Of a stretch of 64,000 bases of DNA, positions 63,538-64,000 are shown in pieces. The DNA is from Isurus oxyrinchus (lineage: Eukaryota), in the NCBI GenBank assembly GCA_026770705.1, contig JANJGN010000926.1, forward strand, positions 62,001 through 126,000, given 5' to 3'. A program made the translations under genes and the position numbers. Each line of letters opens with the position of its first letter. Within the stretch, counting starts at the first letter, position 1. Below the pieces are notes generated by a model, which saw only the letters and a program-made list of their open reading frames with translations, made no database searches and was not told the DNA's origin.

Positions 63538-64000
63538 TCAATGTATTTATTGTGAGCCTGCGGCACACACACCCTGTCGAAGGAGCCTTTGTGGTTCCAT
63601 TGTTAATCGAAGCAGATCAGAGTTACTACAACAACTTGCATTTATATAGCACCTTTAATGTAGCAAAATGTCCCAAGGCTCATCCGGGGATTGTTAGTCA
63701 CATCTTCACCTGACTCTGAGGCACATGAGGAAATATTAGGGACAGGAGACCAACAGCTGAGTCAACAAAGTCAGTTATTAATGGGCATCTTAAAGGAGGA
63801 GCTGGAGATAGAGAATGAGATACAGACAGAGAGAGAAAGACTGAGAGAGAGAGAGAGAGAGACACAGTGAATCTCGGTCCCCAATGGCTCAGCATCCAGT
63901 CCTCTCTGGAGAAGCATTTCATTCCAAACCACACCAACCGCAGCCCAATTGCATCCCTTCCTCCCTCTCTCCCCCTCTCCCCCAGTGGGTTGTTTGCTAT
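63538..64000. repeat. Direct duplicate of the 3' flank of exon B (~60685-61215)
   Basis: Shared tttattgtgagcctg...gtcgaaggagc and catttcattccaaaccacaccaacc...ccccagtgggttgt. Confidence 0.85.

Overview
Eukaryotic, repeat-rich vertebrate DNA. The repeat types (CR1/HER1-like LINEs, HE1-like SINEs, Penelope, SINE/LINE-derived 30/32-bp minisatellites) point to a cartilaginous fish, probably a shark. The ORF track is mostly repeat noise; the real genes are spliced and were reconstructed by hand from splice sites and reading phase. The window is an innate-immunity locus with five parts. (1) A complete minus-strand Siglec-like inhibitory receptor (~35.05-56.1 kb): signal peptide, two tandem V-set domains that both keep the sialic-acid-binding Arg, a Siglec D2-type domain, seven near-identical Ig exons (one frameshifted) plus a truncated eighth, a TM segment, and a tail with ITIM and ITSM. 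It is about 1064 aa if the frameshifted exon is skipped. (2) A paralogous cytoplasmic-tail cassette (61.3-62.9 kb) in which both tyrosine motifs are degraded. (3) A plus-strand terminal exon (254-393) encoding an Arg-containing TM and a short tail, typical of activating receptors. (4) A broken divergent Siglec V exon fused to Gypsy gag-pro and a UACA-like fragment (18-19.6 kb). (5) A three-exon hepcidin (HAMP)-like gene (7.87-13.02 kb, minus) missed by the ORF track, with an unusual mature peptide, a BMP/SMAD-type promoter element and an exon-1 splice/phase defect. Together these suggest a paired inhibitory/activating Siglec-like cluster at the HAMP-MAG-CD22 syntenic locus.
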